A stretch of DNA of 64,000 nt from an uncultured Nitrospiraceae bacterium (lineage in GTDB: Bacteria > Nitrospirota > Thermodesulfovibrionia > Thermodesulfovibrionales > SM23-35). Where the stretch lies: NCBI GenBank assembly GCA_963727775.1, contig CAVSHB010000001.1, forward strand, positions 768,001 to 832,000, given 5' to 3'. Below, in pieces: positions 54,378 through 64,000 of this stretch. The notes below the pieces were generated by a model that was not told the DNA's origin, searched no databases, and worked only from the letters and a program-made list of their open reading frames with translations. Numbering within the stretch: the first letter of the stretch is position 1; the number at the start of each line of letters is the position of its first letter. The position numbers were made by a program, and so were the translations under genes.

Positions 54378-55304
54378 TCATTTAGTAATATCTTTTTGGC
54401 AATCATAACAATATGCCCTGCCACCAAATCTTTCCTTGTTTTGCCAGCAAAAATCAGCTACTTTTTTAGTAATGGATTTCTTGCACTTGCTACAATAAAA
54501 CTTTTTTTCTGACTGCCGAGAAGAGTCTTCTGCTTCCTTTTTTTCTGGCGAAGTCTTCGGGGGTTCAGTTTTTTCGGTTATCCCAAATCTGCTTTTAAAA
54601 TCTATTTTCGCTGGCTTGTGTAGCTTTGCCAACTTACGGGTAATCTCCATTACTGTCTCCGCCGATGATAATTTCCCTATGTCAGTTATTACTCCAGAAA
54701 ATTTCCTCTCATCAAATTCCTTGTTTATTTGGCTACGGAGGGTATCTGCTTTTATTACCATGCTTGCATCAAAATGTTCTTTAGATGGTTTTATTACTCT
54801 GGACTGGGGGGAAACAAGAATATAACTTCTGAAAGTAGGTGAGAGTTGGATGCCCAATCTCGTTGGCATGATATTGTAATGTTTGATGACCTTATCGAGT
54901 AAGAAAATATGTCTCCTATTTTGTTCAATCGGTGACGTGATAGCATTGTATTTGTTGTTGTGAGCCTTCAAGAACTCTCCTTCAGTTGTTATCTTCAAAG
55001 TGTCCGAGAAGTTTTTAGATTCCAAGACATAAAAATCAAAAAGTCTATTTATGACCAGATGGTCTATCTGTGCAACCTTATTCTCGAATTCCAATCTCAA
55101 ATCATGTATAACTGCATGATTCTTGGATGAATCGAAATCAAAGTCTATGTAATAGGCGGAGTCCTTTTCTCCCCTTTCCCCAGATTTCAAACAATTCAGT
55201 TCTTTCTTGATTAAGGATTTTTTTCCTTCTGGCAGGTTCAAAGCTAATAAGGAAGATAGTTCATCTATTTCTGATTGTTTTGAATCCTTTTCCTTAATAA
55301 TCAT
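54378..55304 (-). CDS. NERD nuclease-related domain protein with C-terminal zinc finger
   Basis: GERGE, HDLRL, QIDHLVI, ESKN, SPIEQNRRH; CSKC...CYDC. Confidence 0.88.
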   Translation of the reverse strand: MIIKEKDSKQSEIDELSSLLALNLPEGKKSLIKKELNCLKSGERGEKDSAYYIDFDFDSSKNHAVIHDLRLEFENKVAQIDHLVINRLFDFYVLESKNFSDTLKITTEGEFLKAHNNKYNAITSPIEQNRRHIFLLDKVIKHYNIMPTRLGIQLSPTFRSYILVSPQSRVIKPSKEHFDASMVIKADTLRSQINKEFDERKFSGVITDIGKLSSAETVMEITRKLAKLHKPAKIDFKSRFGITEKTEPPKTSPEKKEAEDSSRQSEKKFYCSKCKKSITKKVADFCWQNKERFGGRAYCYDCQKDITK

Positions 55305-55333
55305 TTGCCCCCCTATTAAGAATATGCCCTATT

Positions 55334-55624
55334 TTAATCATGAAGCAACTTCCCACAATACGGACAAACTTTAGCTTCTCGTTTTATTGATTCAGCACAA
55401 TAGAAACATTTTTTCATTCCCGCTGACATCTGCTCTTTTCCTGCCTCTTGATTCTTAGGTTTAATCCATAATGAATGAGGTAACGCCACTATAAAAAACA
55501 TAGCACTGTAAAACCACCATAATAAAAAGTTTTTCCCTTTGTTTCGGGCAATAAAGGCAGGGATCAATCCAATAAGGAATGCTAACGGCAATATTTGTAG
55601 CAGGGATATGAGGTCTTTGTCCAT
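55334..55624 (-). CDS. Membrane protein with C-terminal zinc ribbon
   Basis: IARNKGKNFLLWW...KKCFYCAESIKREAKVCPYCG. Confidence 0.8.
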   Translation of the reverse strand: MDKDLISLLQILPLAFLIGLIPAFIARNKGKNFLLWWFYSAMFFIVALPHSLWIKPKNQEAGKEQMSAGMKKCFYCAESIKREAKVCPYCGKLLHD

Positions 55625-55706
55625 TATTAATAATAAAACAAAACACATTATAATTGATGAGGTAGCTTGGGAATTTATTATCAGTTTAAAAACAGGAGGA
55701 CAAAAT

Positions 55707-56255
55707 ATGCACAAGATTACATCCTATATAATGATTTTGCTCTTAGCGGTATTCTTCATTGCCTGTTCAAACACTCAAGCAGTAGAACTCACTCTCAATA
55801 ATACTCCTGCCCAAGTCTATTTCAGCCCCAGTGGTGGTGCTACGGATGCGGTTGTGAAGGAAATAGGCAAGGCTAAGTCTGAGATTTTAGTTCAGGCATA
55901 TAGTTTTACCAGCAAGGAAATCGCAAAGGCTTTGGTTGATGCTCACAAAAGAGGAATTCATATAGAAATCATCCTTGATAAAAGTAACAGGTCTCAAAAA
56001 TATTCTGCCGCTGATTTTACCTTTAACATGGGGATTCCCACTTTTATAGATGCTGAACATCAAATTGCCCACAACAAGATAATGGTTATAGACAAGGAGA
56101 CTGTTATCACAGGTAGTTTTAATTTTACCAAGGCTGCCGAGGAAAAGAATGCTGAAAACTTATTAATTTTGAAGTCTAAGGAACTCGCAAAGTTGTATAT
56201 TGATAATTGGAACAAACACAAAAGCCATTCTCAGGGGTATGGGGGGAGGCAATAG
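55707..56255 (+). CDS. Phospholipase D-family nuclease (Nuc-like), lipoprotein signal
   Basis: VYFSP, AYSFT, HNKIMVID, TGSFNFT. Confidence 0.9.
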   Translation: MHKITSYIMILLLAVFFIACSNTQAVELTLNNTPAQVYFSPSGGATDAVVKEIGKAKSEILVQAYSFTSKEIAKALVDAHKRGIHIEIILDKSNRSQKYSAADFTFNMGIPTFIDAEHQIAHNKIMVIDKETVITGSFNFTKAAEEKNAENLLILKSKELAKLYIDNWNKHKSHSQGYGGRQ

Positions 56256-56263
56256 GGAGAATT

Positions 56264-56680
56264 ATGGTTGCCACAGACACAATCTCTTTAAGCACAAAAG
56301 GTTTTAGTGATGTGCTCGATATTACTGACAAAGTCACAGTAATCGTAGCAAAGTCAGCCGTTCAGAATGGCTTGGTGAATGTTTTTTGCTCGGGTTCAAC
56401 TGGAAGCATAACAACAATCGAATTTGAGTCAGGTGTCATTAACGACTTAAAGAAAGCCATTGAAAAGATTGTTCCTTCAAATATCCCCTATGAACATGAC
56501 AAGAGATGGGGAGACGGTAATGGCTTTTCTCATGTGAGAGCAGCTCTCATGAAACCTTCCCTGACAAGTCCCATAGTCAAAGGAAAACTGACTCTGGGGA
56601 CATGGCAGCAGATAGTCTTTATGGATTTTGATAATCGGAGTAGGGATAGGAAGATTGTTGTGCAGGTTGTAGGCGAGTAA
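56264..56680 (+). CDS. YjbQ/UPF0047-family protein
   Basis: YEHD..WGDGNGFSHVRA, LGTWQQI. Confidence 0.9.
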   Translation: MVATDTISLSTKGFSDVLDITDKVTVIVAKSAVQNGLVNVFCSGSTGSITTIEFESGVINDLKKAIEKIVPSNIPYEHDKRWGDGNGFSHVRAALMKPSLTSPIVKGKLTLGTWQQIVFMDFDNRSRDRKIVVQVVGE

Positions 56681-56857
56681 GCAGGTCTTTGTTCCACCTA
56701 CACATAAACGTTTTCAGGAGTTCCAAAATTTTATCTCTTTCTTCATCAACTCCACAAAATGAACAAACTTCATCTGATGCAAAGTACATTTGAAAACACT
56801 CAGAATAAAAGTTGATGTAATTTGACAATTACCATTTGAAAGAGAGATTTTCTGTGT

Positions 56858-58087
56858 CTACTCAGGATAAGCAGTAATAACAGTACGTTTATGTGTAGCA
56901 ATAGTCGGATCCCATGATGCAGCACAGGTTATCAGTGTTAATCGCTCTCCTAGACTATAATCATAGAGTTTCGGGTCATTCACATCCATAGAGGTCTTTT
57001 CTTTCACTTTATAGACATATTTCTTTCCTTTGTAAAAAACATATATGCGGATTCCCTGCTCCATAATGTCAATCATATTAAAAGGCCCCTGCGGTCGCCA
57101 CCATCCAAATTCGCCAATATTGTGTCCCTCCAAAATACAGTTGCCTCCCTTTCCCGGAGCCGATGATTTTGAAACATGGCACACACCCTCTGATAGTTTT
57201 TCCTCACTTATCCCTTCTAAAATCGGGGCATCCACCGAGGCTGTGGGGATGATTATCCAATCCTCTTGAGCCTGTCCGATATGCTCTGCCCTTTTTCCCA
57301 ATGCCGCAAACTTCTTCATCGAATCCTTTCGGACGAGTTCTGCTATTTTCTCCAATGTCCCACTCTTCTTTATCGCACTTCTTTGAACTCGGGCGGGTAC
57401 TTCTGCCGTTGTCTCTGAAGTTTCACTCTTCTTTATCTCATCTTCTTTTACTCGTTCTTGGAAGACATCTGGTTTTACCAATATCGCATCTTTCTTTGTC
57501 TCACGCTCAGGAACCTGTGCAGAAATTTCAGTCTCTTTCTTCAAAGCATCACTCTTCTCAATCTCATCCCCTTGCGTCTGTCCGAGTAATTCTGCTTTTT
57601 TCTCCAATGCTTCAATCTTAGATGATGAAAATAGAAAGGTGATATATGGTCGTGCAACCCATATAGCTGTACTTACCCCAGCAACGATAAGGATAATCCC
57701 TAAAACAGAGATGGAAATATTGACAGTTTTGCTCCATAGACTTATGGGTCCATGATTTGAAGCTGGTTCGTGGAGGATGTCTTCTTTTTCTGAGAAGCTA
57801 CAGATAGAAAGTTCAGGAAACCTTTTTTTCAACCAAAATAATATCGGAATGGAAATAATGGCAATAACAATCCACACTGTTATAACCCCTGTCAGTATGA
57901 GTGTCGGATTAAGGGCTATTGTCTCAAATACTGCCTTAATTGCAGGTCGGTGAGGAATGGGTCTGGTATACCAGGCGTAAGCACAAACAAGACTCGTTAA
58001 CAGAAAATAAATCAAAGGCACAGTATACCACTTGAGATATCTTCGTATGGTTACTCGTGCCTTTGCAGTGAAACTTATGGCTTCCAC
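56858..58087 (-). CDS. Sortase with three N-terminal TM segments
   Basis: Catalytic pattern LEGHN ... LTLITC ... KR. Confidence 0.88.
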   Translation of the reverse strand: MEAISFTAKARVTIRRYLKWYTVPLIYFLLTSLVCAYAWYTRPIPHRPAIKAVFETIALNPTLILTGVITVWIVIAIISIPILFWLKKRFPELSICSFSEKEDILHEPASNHGPISLWSKTVNISISVLGIILIVAGVSTAIWVARPYITFLFSSSKIEALEKKAELLGQTQGDEIEKSDALKKETEISAQVPERETKKDAILVKPDVFQERVKEDEIKKSETSETTAEVPARVQRSAIKKSGTLEKIAELVRKDSMKKFAALGKRAEHIGQAQEDWIIIPTASVDAPILEGISEEKLSEGVCHVSKSSAPGKGGNCILEGHNIGEFGWWRPQGPFNMIDIMEQGIRIYVFYKGKKYVYKVKEKTSMDVNDPKLYDYSLGERLTLITCAASWDPTIATHKRTVITAYPE

Positions 58088-58117
58088 TTCTATGAAACTA
58101 ACTTCTTTATGTTCTCC

Positions 58118-60274
58118 TTATGCTTTTCCAAGCCATTTGTTTTTTCTCAGAATAAACACTCCCGCTGAAATAGCTAGAATGGCAATCAACGCTATCATGT
58201 TCTCATTGGCTCCCGTTGAATATCCACTACCACTACCACCGGAATATGGATAACCAACCCCAAAAGGTGAAAGTGATGTAACTTGTCCTGTAATTGTATT
58301 GGCAGAAGTATTAACAGAGATGGTTACATCTCTCCATGCGCCACTTTCCCAATGGAAAAGTTTTAGGCTATTCTCTGAACCCTGGATTGCTGATTCACTG
58401 TATGGAACGGTAACCGTGATTGTACCAGTATAGGTTGCAGTAGTTGTGAGGTCAAAGCAACTGCCTGCAAATCTATAACCTGAAGGTGGACCCGCACATG
58501 ATTCCGCTGCTACTGAAGTCGTGCCTGAAGCGGTTACGTTTGAGAAAGTTACCTGTGTGCCGCTTCCCGGATTCACTGTTATGCTTGATCCCGTTTGAGT
58601 ATTATCTATCGCAAAGCTGGCAGTTACCGTGATATTGCCTGCAACATTGGTGTCTGTCCTTGGGTTGGCTGTAGAAGAATCACTCCATTGTACAAAGTGG
58701 TAGCCGGTATTCGCAACAGCGGTGACTGCCGTGCCTGAGGCTCCATAATTGACTGTCTGAGGAGTCGTTCCGCTGATTGATCCATTGGCCCCGGCATTGT
58801 AGGTTAGGGTATAAGTGTTGATCGCAAAGGTTGCGCTTACCGAGCAGTCCGCTGTAACGGCATCAGTGGTATAGGTATACGTATTAACAGCATTGCTTGT
58901 GTTGTTGTATGTTGTCGCACCACAGGTCGATGTCACGCCTGCCACATGGTAGCCGGTGTTCGCGTTAAACTTGAAACTCGTGGTTGAGCCGCTGCTTACT
59001 GTCTGCGGTGACGTGGTCGTCCCGTCAAGCGTGCCGTTTGATCCGGCGGTTGCCGAAACCGCGAAGGCTGATGAAATCTTCCGGATTTTGTTATTCCTGG
59101 TATCAGCCACATATAGGCTTGTGCCGTCCGTGGTTATGTCGTTAGGATTATAGAACCTTGCAGCATTCCCTGTGCCGTCGGTGTCGCTGTATGCTGTTGA
59201 GCCTTGGGCCGGGCCTGCCAGCGTAGTGACCACGCCTGTCGTGATCACGATCTGCCGGATTTTGTTATTATAGGCATCAGCCACATAAAGGTTTGTACCG
59301 TCCGTGGTTATGCCGCTAGGAATATAGAACCTTGCAGCATTTCCTGTGCCGTCGGTGTCGCCGGATGCTCTTGAGCCCTGGGCCGGGCCTGCCAGCGTAG
59401 TGACCACGCCTGTCGTGATCACGATCTGCCGGATTTTGTTATTAAAGTAATCAGCCACATAAAGGTTTGTACCGTCCGTGGTTATGCCGCTAGGAATATA
59501 GAACCTTGCAGCATTTCCTGTGCCGTCGGTGTCGCCGGATGTTGTTGAGCCTTGGGCCGGGCCTGCCAGCGTAGTGACAGCGCCTGTAGCAATCACGATC
59601 TTCCGGATTTTGTTATTGTTGCTATCAGCCACATAAAGGTTTGTGCCGTCCGTGGTTATGCCGTTAGGATTATAGAACCTTGCAGCATTTCCTGTGTCGT
59701 CGGTATCGCCGGATGTTGTTGAGCCTTGGGCCGGGCCTGCCAGCGTAGTGACAGCGCCTGTAGCAATCACGATCTTCCGGATTTTGTTATTATTGCTATC
59801 AGCCACATAAAGGTTTGTGCCGTCCGTGGTTATGCTGGAAGGATTTTTGAACCTTGCAGCATTTCCTGTGTCGTCGGTGTCGCCGGATACTGTTGAGCCT
59901 TGGGCCGGGCCTGCCAGCGTAGTGACAGCGCCTGTAGCAATCACGATCTTCCGGATTTTGTTATTATTGTTATCAGCCACATAAAGGTTTGTGCCGTCCG
60001 TGGTTATGCCATAAGGATAATTGAACCTTGCAGCATTTCCTGTGCCGTCGGTGTCGCTGGATGCTCTTGAGCCCTGGGCCGGGCCTGCAAAGGTGGTCAC
60101 TGCTGCGGGTACCAAATTGAGCGGTGTCCCCTGAATCGCACCGCCCATAAGAGGATGATTAGCAAATGTAGCGCCCACCGAAAACACCAGCAGAACCAGC
60201 GCGATCAATGAGATTGTCATACACGCCATTGACTTGGCATGGCTCGCCGTTGTCCCTTTCTGTGAGTCGTGCAT
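58118..60274 (-). CDS. NHL-repeat surface protein with B-repeat-like domains and C-terminal sorting signal
   Basis: Signal peptide, six 58-aa repeats, tail YSTGANENM + hydrophobic helix + RKNK; start moved to MHDSQ after SD. Confidence 0.85.
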   Translation of the reverse strand: MHDSQKGTTASHAKSMACMTISLIALVLLVFSVGATFANHPLMGGAIQGTPLNLVPAAVTTFAGPAQGSRASSDTDGTGNAARFNYPYGITTDGTNLYVADNNNNKIRKIVIATGAVTTLAGPAQGSTVSGDTDDTGNAARFKNPSSITTDGTNLYVADSNNNKIRKIVIATGAVTTLAGPAQGSTTSGDTDDTGNAARFYNPNGITTDGTNLYVADSNNNKIRKIVIATGAVTTLAGPAQGSTTSGDTDGTGNAARFYIPSGITTDGTNLYVADYFNNKIRQIVITTGVVTTLAGPAQGSRASGDTDGTGNAARFYIPSGITTDGTNLYVADAYNNKIRQIVITTGVVTTLAGPAQGSTAYSDTDGTGNAARFYNPNDITTDGTSLYVADTRNNKIRKISSAFAVSATAGSNGTLDGTTTSPQTVSSGSTTSFKFNANTGYHVAGVTSTCGATTYNNTSNAVNTYTYTTDAVTADCSVSATFAINTYTLTYNAGANGSISGTTPQTVNYGASGTAVTAVANTGYHFVQWSDSSTANPRTDTNVAGNITVTASFAIDNTQTGSSITVNPGSGTQVTFSNVTASGTTSVAAESCAGPPSGYRFAGSCFDLTTTATYTGTITVTVPYSESAIQGSENSLKLFHWESGAWRDVTISVNTSANTITGQVTSLSPFGVGYPYSGGSGSGYSTGANENMIALIAILAISAGVFILRKNKWLGKA
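59070..60105. repeat. Six tandem 174-bp coding repeats
   Basis: Near-identical units with period 174 nt. Confidence 0.9.
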
Positions 60275-61077
60275 TTTAGTACCCTCCTTAGCCGATGTGT
60301 TAACTGACCGATCAACCGCATTCCATAGATCTGTTTTCATGTCCCCCACCTCGTACGTATTCTTTTTAATTTTACCGAATATTCCATATGTTTTCTCTGT
60401 TATGGAAAGCTGAGTGATTCTCAAGGCATGATTGATTGCTGCTTGCTTTTCTTTTTGTGTGAGCGATTCGCATAGCTTGGATTCTTTTAACAGCTCCAAA
60501 ATTTCCCCTCGCGTCAGATGTGTCTCGTCATGAAGCTATTTTCTGAAGCTATATATACTTCTTTTATATCACTATCAGTATAACATTTATAATTTGTCTC
60601 TTCAATATGAAAATGGGTTAAATTTAGTAAGAAAAAGGGTTAAATAATATTACAACTTTAATTGGCATTGCAGGAATGCTTCATATTTATTGTGCAGAAT
60701 AAATAAGCAAATACTTCGAGTATGATTGTTAATTGTTATATACATGATTTTGAGATATGTTGATGATGAGGAAGATATCTTTCCTGTATATTTCCAAAGA
60801 TAATCTTGCCCCCTTTAAAAACAATCGGTCGTGCAATGTTTGTATAGAAAGTACACAAACGTTAGATTTTTTGGCTGTGCGGATAACTATGTGAAACGTG
60901 GTGCTCCACAGCAACTTCTTGTCGCACTTTGGTACAGGAAGCACAGGGCACTGTAGATTTCTATTCGAAGGTCTCATCCCCGCAGCCTGGAATGTGGGAT
61001 TAGAACACTGTACACTGCACAGCCTTTACAATTCCGGATCTATCTTCCGCATCTCTCCCCGTCTGCCGGTCCGCCGA

Positions 61078-61626
61078 TTAAGAGGACTTCAATTTGCTAT
61101 TTTTCAGGTGTCCTCTTAACTTTAATCCTGATTCAATGTATTTATGCCGAGCTATGAAATCAGGCACCTCTATGAAGTCCTTTGTCGCACCGCTTGCCTC
61201 TTTCATCTCTTCGCCGCTCGGAGCAATGAGCACAGCGGAAATAACTTTGGTTGCATCAAGACCTTCAGCGAGCTTTTTTACCAATTTTCTATCCGAAATT
61301 CCTGCTTCGTCCATGACTGCACTGATTCCACCACTTTTGCCCACTACACGATCAACGATTTCCGTTGCTTTTGAACTGACAGTTGTTTCGGCATAACCGG
61401 CTAACCGACAGGCTTCCGCATTGCTTTTGCCCTCTATAATTGCTTTCTTTATTATCTGCTCGCGGATCTTCTGCACTGCTTTTGTTTTTGTGGGTTTTAC
61501 GGGAGGTTTTCTTTTTTGGGGGGTATTCTTTGTTGTGATTTGAGCAGGAGCATGAAAGACAGAGGGAAAGGATTCGCTTGCACTCTTCACTTTCTCAGCA
61601 GTCTCGTTCTCCGTACCTATGCTCAC
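61078..61626 (-). CDS. Phage-like protein, terminase-small-subunit-like HTH
   Basis: GKSNAEACRLAGYA...KLAEGLDA...PDFIARHKY. Confidence 0.6.
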   Translation of the reverse strand: MSIGTENETAEKVKSASESFPSVFHAPAQITTKNTPQKRKPPVKPTKTKAVQKIREQIIKKAIIEGKSNAEACRLAGYAETTVSSKATEIVDRVVGKSGGISAVMDEAGISDRKLVKKLAEGLDATKVISAVLIAPSGEEMKEASGATKDFIEVPDFIARHKYIESGLKLRGHLKNSKLKSS

Positions 61627-61834
61627 TGTTGAACACTCCTTTTGTCGTCAAATTTTAAGCAATTTAGGTTCATAGCTCTGTACCTCATAAATATAGCAGA
61701 TTTATTTAGATTTTGGTCGATTTTGCTCGATTTCAGCAGTAATTCTGAAACGAAATTAGCAGTTATTTTACAAAGTGGTAACCTTTGTACGAATCGCTGC
61801 CTGCGTAGCATTAAGAGGACTTCGTTTTCTTTAC

Positions 61835-62419
61835 TCACTTCGCTTCCTCCAACAACCTTTTCTGTTCTTTAAGCCTTCTCACTACTTCTTCCGCTGGCAT
61901 GTCATCGAGGCCAAGTCTTTTACGCCTCGCTTCATAGGTTTCCACGGGTACATTTATGGTGACCTGCTCCTTGAGCATGCCGAGTCGTTGCATCTTTATT
62001 CGAATGGCTTGCAGTTTATCAAAAAACTTCAGCGTCCTGTGGGTCCCGATCTGGGTTTCGAGGATTCCCATCTCCTTCACACAGGCGACTTGCTCGACTG
62101 TAAGCTCGTGGATATTCTTCAATTCCCCATTCTCATGCACGAAATCCTTGAGATTAAACCGTATTATCGTGTCAAGGTGAGCCTCCACTTCATGAGCCTC
62201 CATAAGTGCTTTATCAGTCAAATTGTTGAGGGAATTACGAGAATTAGAAATCGCAGTTTGAATTTCAGGTTTTTTCAAGTTTTCTTGCCCGATTGAATAA
62301 GCAGTCTTTTTTGAATAACCAGCCCGAAGAGCTGCTTGTGTGGCGTTGAAATCTTTCAGATACTCAGCGACAAAGAGCTGTGCTTTCGGGGTAAGCTGTC
62401 TGTTCTTTCTTATTGCCAT
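61835..62419 (-). CDS. Phage terminase small subunit
   Basis: LTPKAQLFVAEYLKDFNATQAALRAGYSKKTAYSIGQENLKKPEIQ. Confidence 0.9.
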   Translation of the reverse strand: MAIRKNRQLTPKAQLFVAEYLKDFNATQAALRAGYSKKTAYSIGQENLKKPEIQTAISNSRNSLNNLTDKALMEAHEVEAHLDTIIRFNLKDFVHENGELKNIHELTVEQVACVKEMGILETQIGTHRTLKFFDKLQAIRIKMQRLGMLKEQVTINVPVETYEARRKRLGLDDMPAEEVVRRLKEQKRLLEEAK

Positions 62420-62512
62420 AATTCCTCCTTTATAATCATAGTCAGAGACTGTCCAGAGACGGTGATATTAGGGGGTGATGGCTTATAACTTATTGAATTA
62501 AAAGGAAAGTTA

Positions 62513-62589
62513 TGGCGGGGTGGACGGGACTTGAACCCGCGACCTCTGGCTTGACAGGCCAGCGTTCTAACCAGCTGAACTACCACCCC
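62513..62589 (-). tRNA. tRNA-Asp(GTC)
   Basis: 77-nt cloverleaf, anticodon loop CTGTCAA, encoded CCA. Confidence 0.97.
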
Positions 62590-62679
62590 TTATCGAAAGT
62601 GAAAAGTCGGCAGAACCCAACGAGATTTTGTAATTCAGAACCTTGTACCTTTTTACTTATGTCTAATAACTGCATTTAA

Positions 62680-62755
62680 TGGTAGGCGGAACAGGGCTTG
62701 AACCTGTGACCCCAGCCTTGTAAGGGCTGTGCTCTCCCAGCTGAGCTATCCGCCC
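62680..62755 (-). tRNA. tRNA-Val(TAC)
   Basis: 76-nt cloverleaf, anticodon loop CTTACAA, encoded CCA. Confidence 0.97.
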
Positions 62756-62896
62756 GTTAGAACTAAACTGTTCGCCGAAATATTAAGCCGTTTATATGAG
62801 ATTGACTTATCCGACGCCAATTTCATTCAGAGGATTATTTTACTTTTTGTTGCAGGTTGTTGTCAATGAATGCGCGACCGTTATTTTCTTATCGAT

Positions 62897-63205
62897 CTAA
62901 CTTTTTTTAAGAGTGACAGAGCCGTTTTCGGGATTATAATCATATTTCGACAGATCGATGGGCGCATTGATCAAGTCTTTTATGTCGTCGAGGCTTTGAG
63001 GATATTTATCATTTGAGGCATGATATGCAGCGACGGCTTTTTTCACAGCGTCGAGGTTCGCGGTTTCGCCTGCGTTCTGCGCGCCTTTATACGAACCGAT
63101 AAGGGCGTTGCCGTATTCAGCTACAGGGTTTTTAGGCTTTTGATCGCATGCGGCCAGGAGAAGCACGATAAAGATTGACGAGAATATTATTTGCACTTTG
63201 CTCAT
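62897..63205 (-). CDS. Hypothetical lipoprotein
   Basis: Lipobox LAAC; AYHASNDKYPQSLDDI. Confidence 0.75.
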   Translation of the reverse strand: MSKVQIIFSSIFIVLLLAACDQKPKNPVAEYGNALIGSYKGAQNAGETANLDAVKKAVAAYHASNDKYPQSLDDIKDLINAPIDLSKYDYNPENGSVTLKKS

Positions 63206-63293
63206 GTAATTATTCTATATGTAAAGGTATCCAGGCTGTCAAATTAAAAGAGGACTCCAAGCAAAACCCACTTAATATATAAAATTTGTAGAT

Positions 63294-63404
63294 GCCGACA
63301 GATACAATATTTGCGCTCATTCTCAGCCCGGTACGAATCGGGCCTCCGAGGTAAATTCTTTCTTCGAAAGAATTTAAAACCGCTTAAACACTGTATCTGT
63401 CGGC
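63294..63404. repeat. About 111-bp palindromic intergenic repeat, copy 3
   Basis: Near-identical to 14400-14510. Confidence 0.85.
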
Positions 63405-63428
63405 TCTTATTCATGAAATAATTGAAGT

Positions 63429-63540
63429 AATGGCGGACACCGTATTTTCGCGGTTTTAAATTCTGTGAAGCGTTATCGGAACAGAATTTACCTCGGAGGG
63501 CAATGGCCCGAGAATGAGCGCAAGTACTGTGCCCGTCATT
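63429..63540. repeat. Diverged inverted copy of the same repeat, copy 4
   Basis: Shares GCGGTTTTAAATTCT, AGAATTTACCTCGGAGG, CCGAGAATGAGCGCAA. Confidence 0.7.
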
Positions 63541-63580
63541 ATTAAACATCGGTAAATATCAGTTTCAGGGAAAAGGCGGA

Positions 63581-64000
63581 TTAGGGGATACTCAGCGAGT
63601 CAAGTATACCGAATAGTGCAGTCACCGATATTGAATCAGCGGGCAGCCGGAAGATCGGTTTCCCCTGAAGGTCAAACATAGATATTACAGGGTCCTGGGG
63701 TACGATGCCGGCTACTCGAAGCCCGTCCTTTTCAGCGCGGGCTTTTAATTCAGCGCCTTTATTATCGGAGACTCTATTGATGATTACCTTGCGCATGTCG
63801 ATCTCAAGCTGCAGGTCGTCAACAAGATCGTCAATCCGTTTTGCTGTCTGTATGCCTTTTACAGTCGGATCGCTTACTATGAGCAAAAGATCGACCTTAT
63901 GGGTAGTCCTTCTGCTCAGGTGTTCCATCCCGGCCTCGTTATCTATAACAACGTACGGGTAAGATTCCGAGAGTTTGTCCGTATATTTTCTGATGATGTT
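63581..64000 (-). CDS. cooC: CooC/AcsF-type CO dehydrogenase nickel-insertion ATPase (5' part outside window)
   Basis: YVVIDNEAGMEHLSRRTT..VDLLLIVSDP. Confidence 0.85.
   Translation of the reverse strand, partial: NIIRKYTDKLSESYPYVVIDNEAGMEHLSRRTTHKVDLLLIVSDPTVKGIQTAKRIDDLVDDLQLEIDMRKVIINRVSDNKGAELKARAEKDGLRVAGIVPQDPVISMFDLQGKPIFRLPADSISVTALFGILDSLSIP

Noticed and set aside
59070..60105. Regular repeats as a CRISPR array
   Set aside because: Units are 174-bp in-frame coding repeats with no unique spacers and no cas genes
60275..60499. 75-aa N-terminal extension of the NHL protein in the ORF track
   Set aside because: SD and signal peptide support the start at 60274

Overview
Bacterial chromosome segment. 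Gene content (valS/nadC/nadE/rsmI, a CooC-type ATPase, selenoprotein signals) suggests an anaerobe of the Nitrospirota/Thermodesulfovibrionia or Desulfobacterota type; this is inference only. (i) 1-1.25 kb: an integrase-less integron-like cassette array (hypothetical cassette plus MazEF-type toxin-antitoxin cassette). (ii) 1.4-15.6 kb: mostly core genes, including an AhpD-like plus ArsS radical-SAM pair with a probable Sec codon, and a valS that has no canonical start codon. (iii) About 15.6-62.5 kb: a large mosaic accessory region ending at tRNA-Asp/tRNA-Val. It holds three IS110 and two IS1380 elements, several MITE-like elements and a 6S-like RNA. It also has a fragmented surface-polysaccharide tailoring set (GT2, AsnB, four CapK/PaaK-like ligases, three ATP-grasp-like proteins, a methyltransferase), an oxidative-stress island (PerR/Fur, katG, exported msrB/msrA), a sortase with an adjacent NHL-repeat substrate, and terminase-small-subunit remnants. 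Best candidate for a new system: an unannotated exported selenoprotein (in-frame UGA plus SECIS-like hairpin, 42675-42971) in a msrB-msrA-Sec protein-TVP38/DedA-flavin disulfide reductase operon. In addition, the IS1111-type element's bridge-RNA guide can be read from the sequence and matches both insertion sites. No CRISPR array or rRNA was seen.
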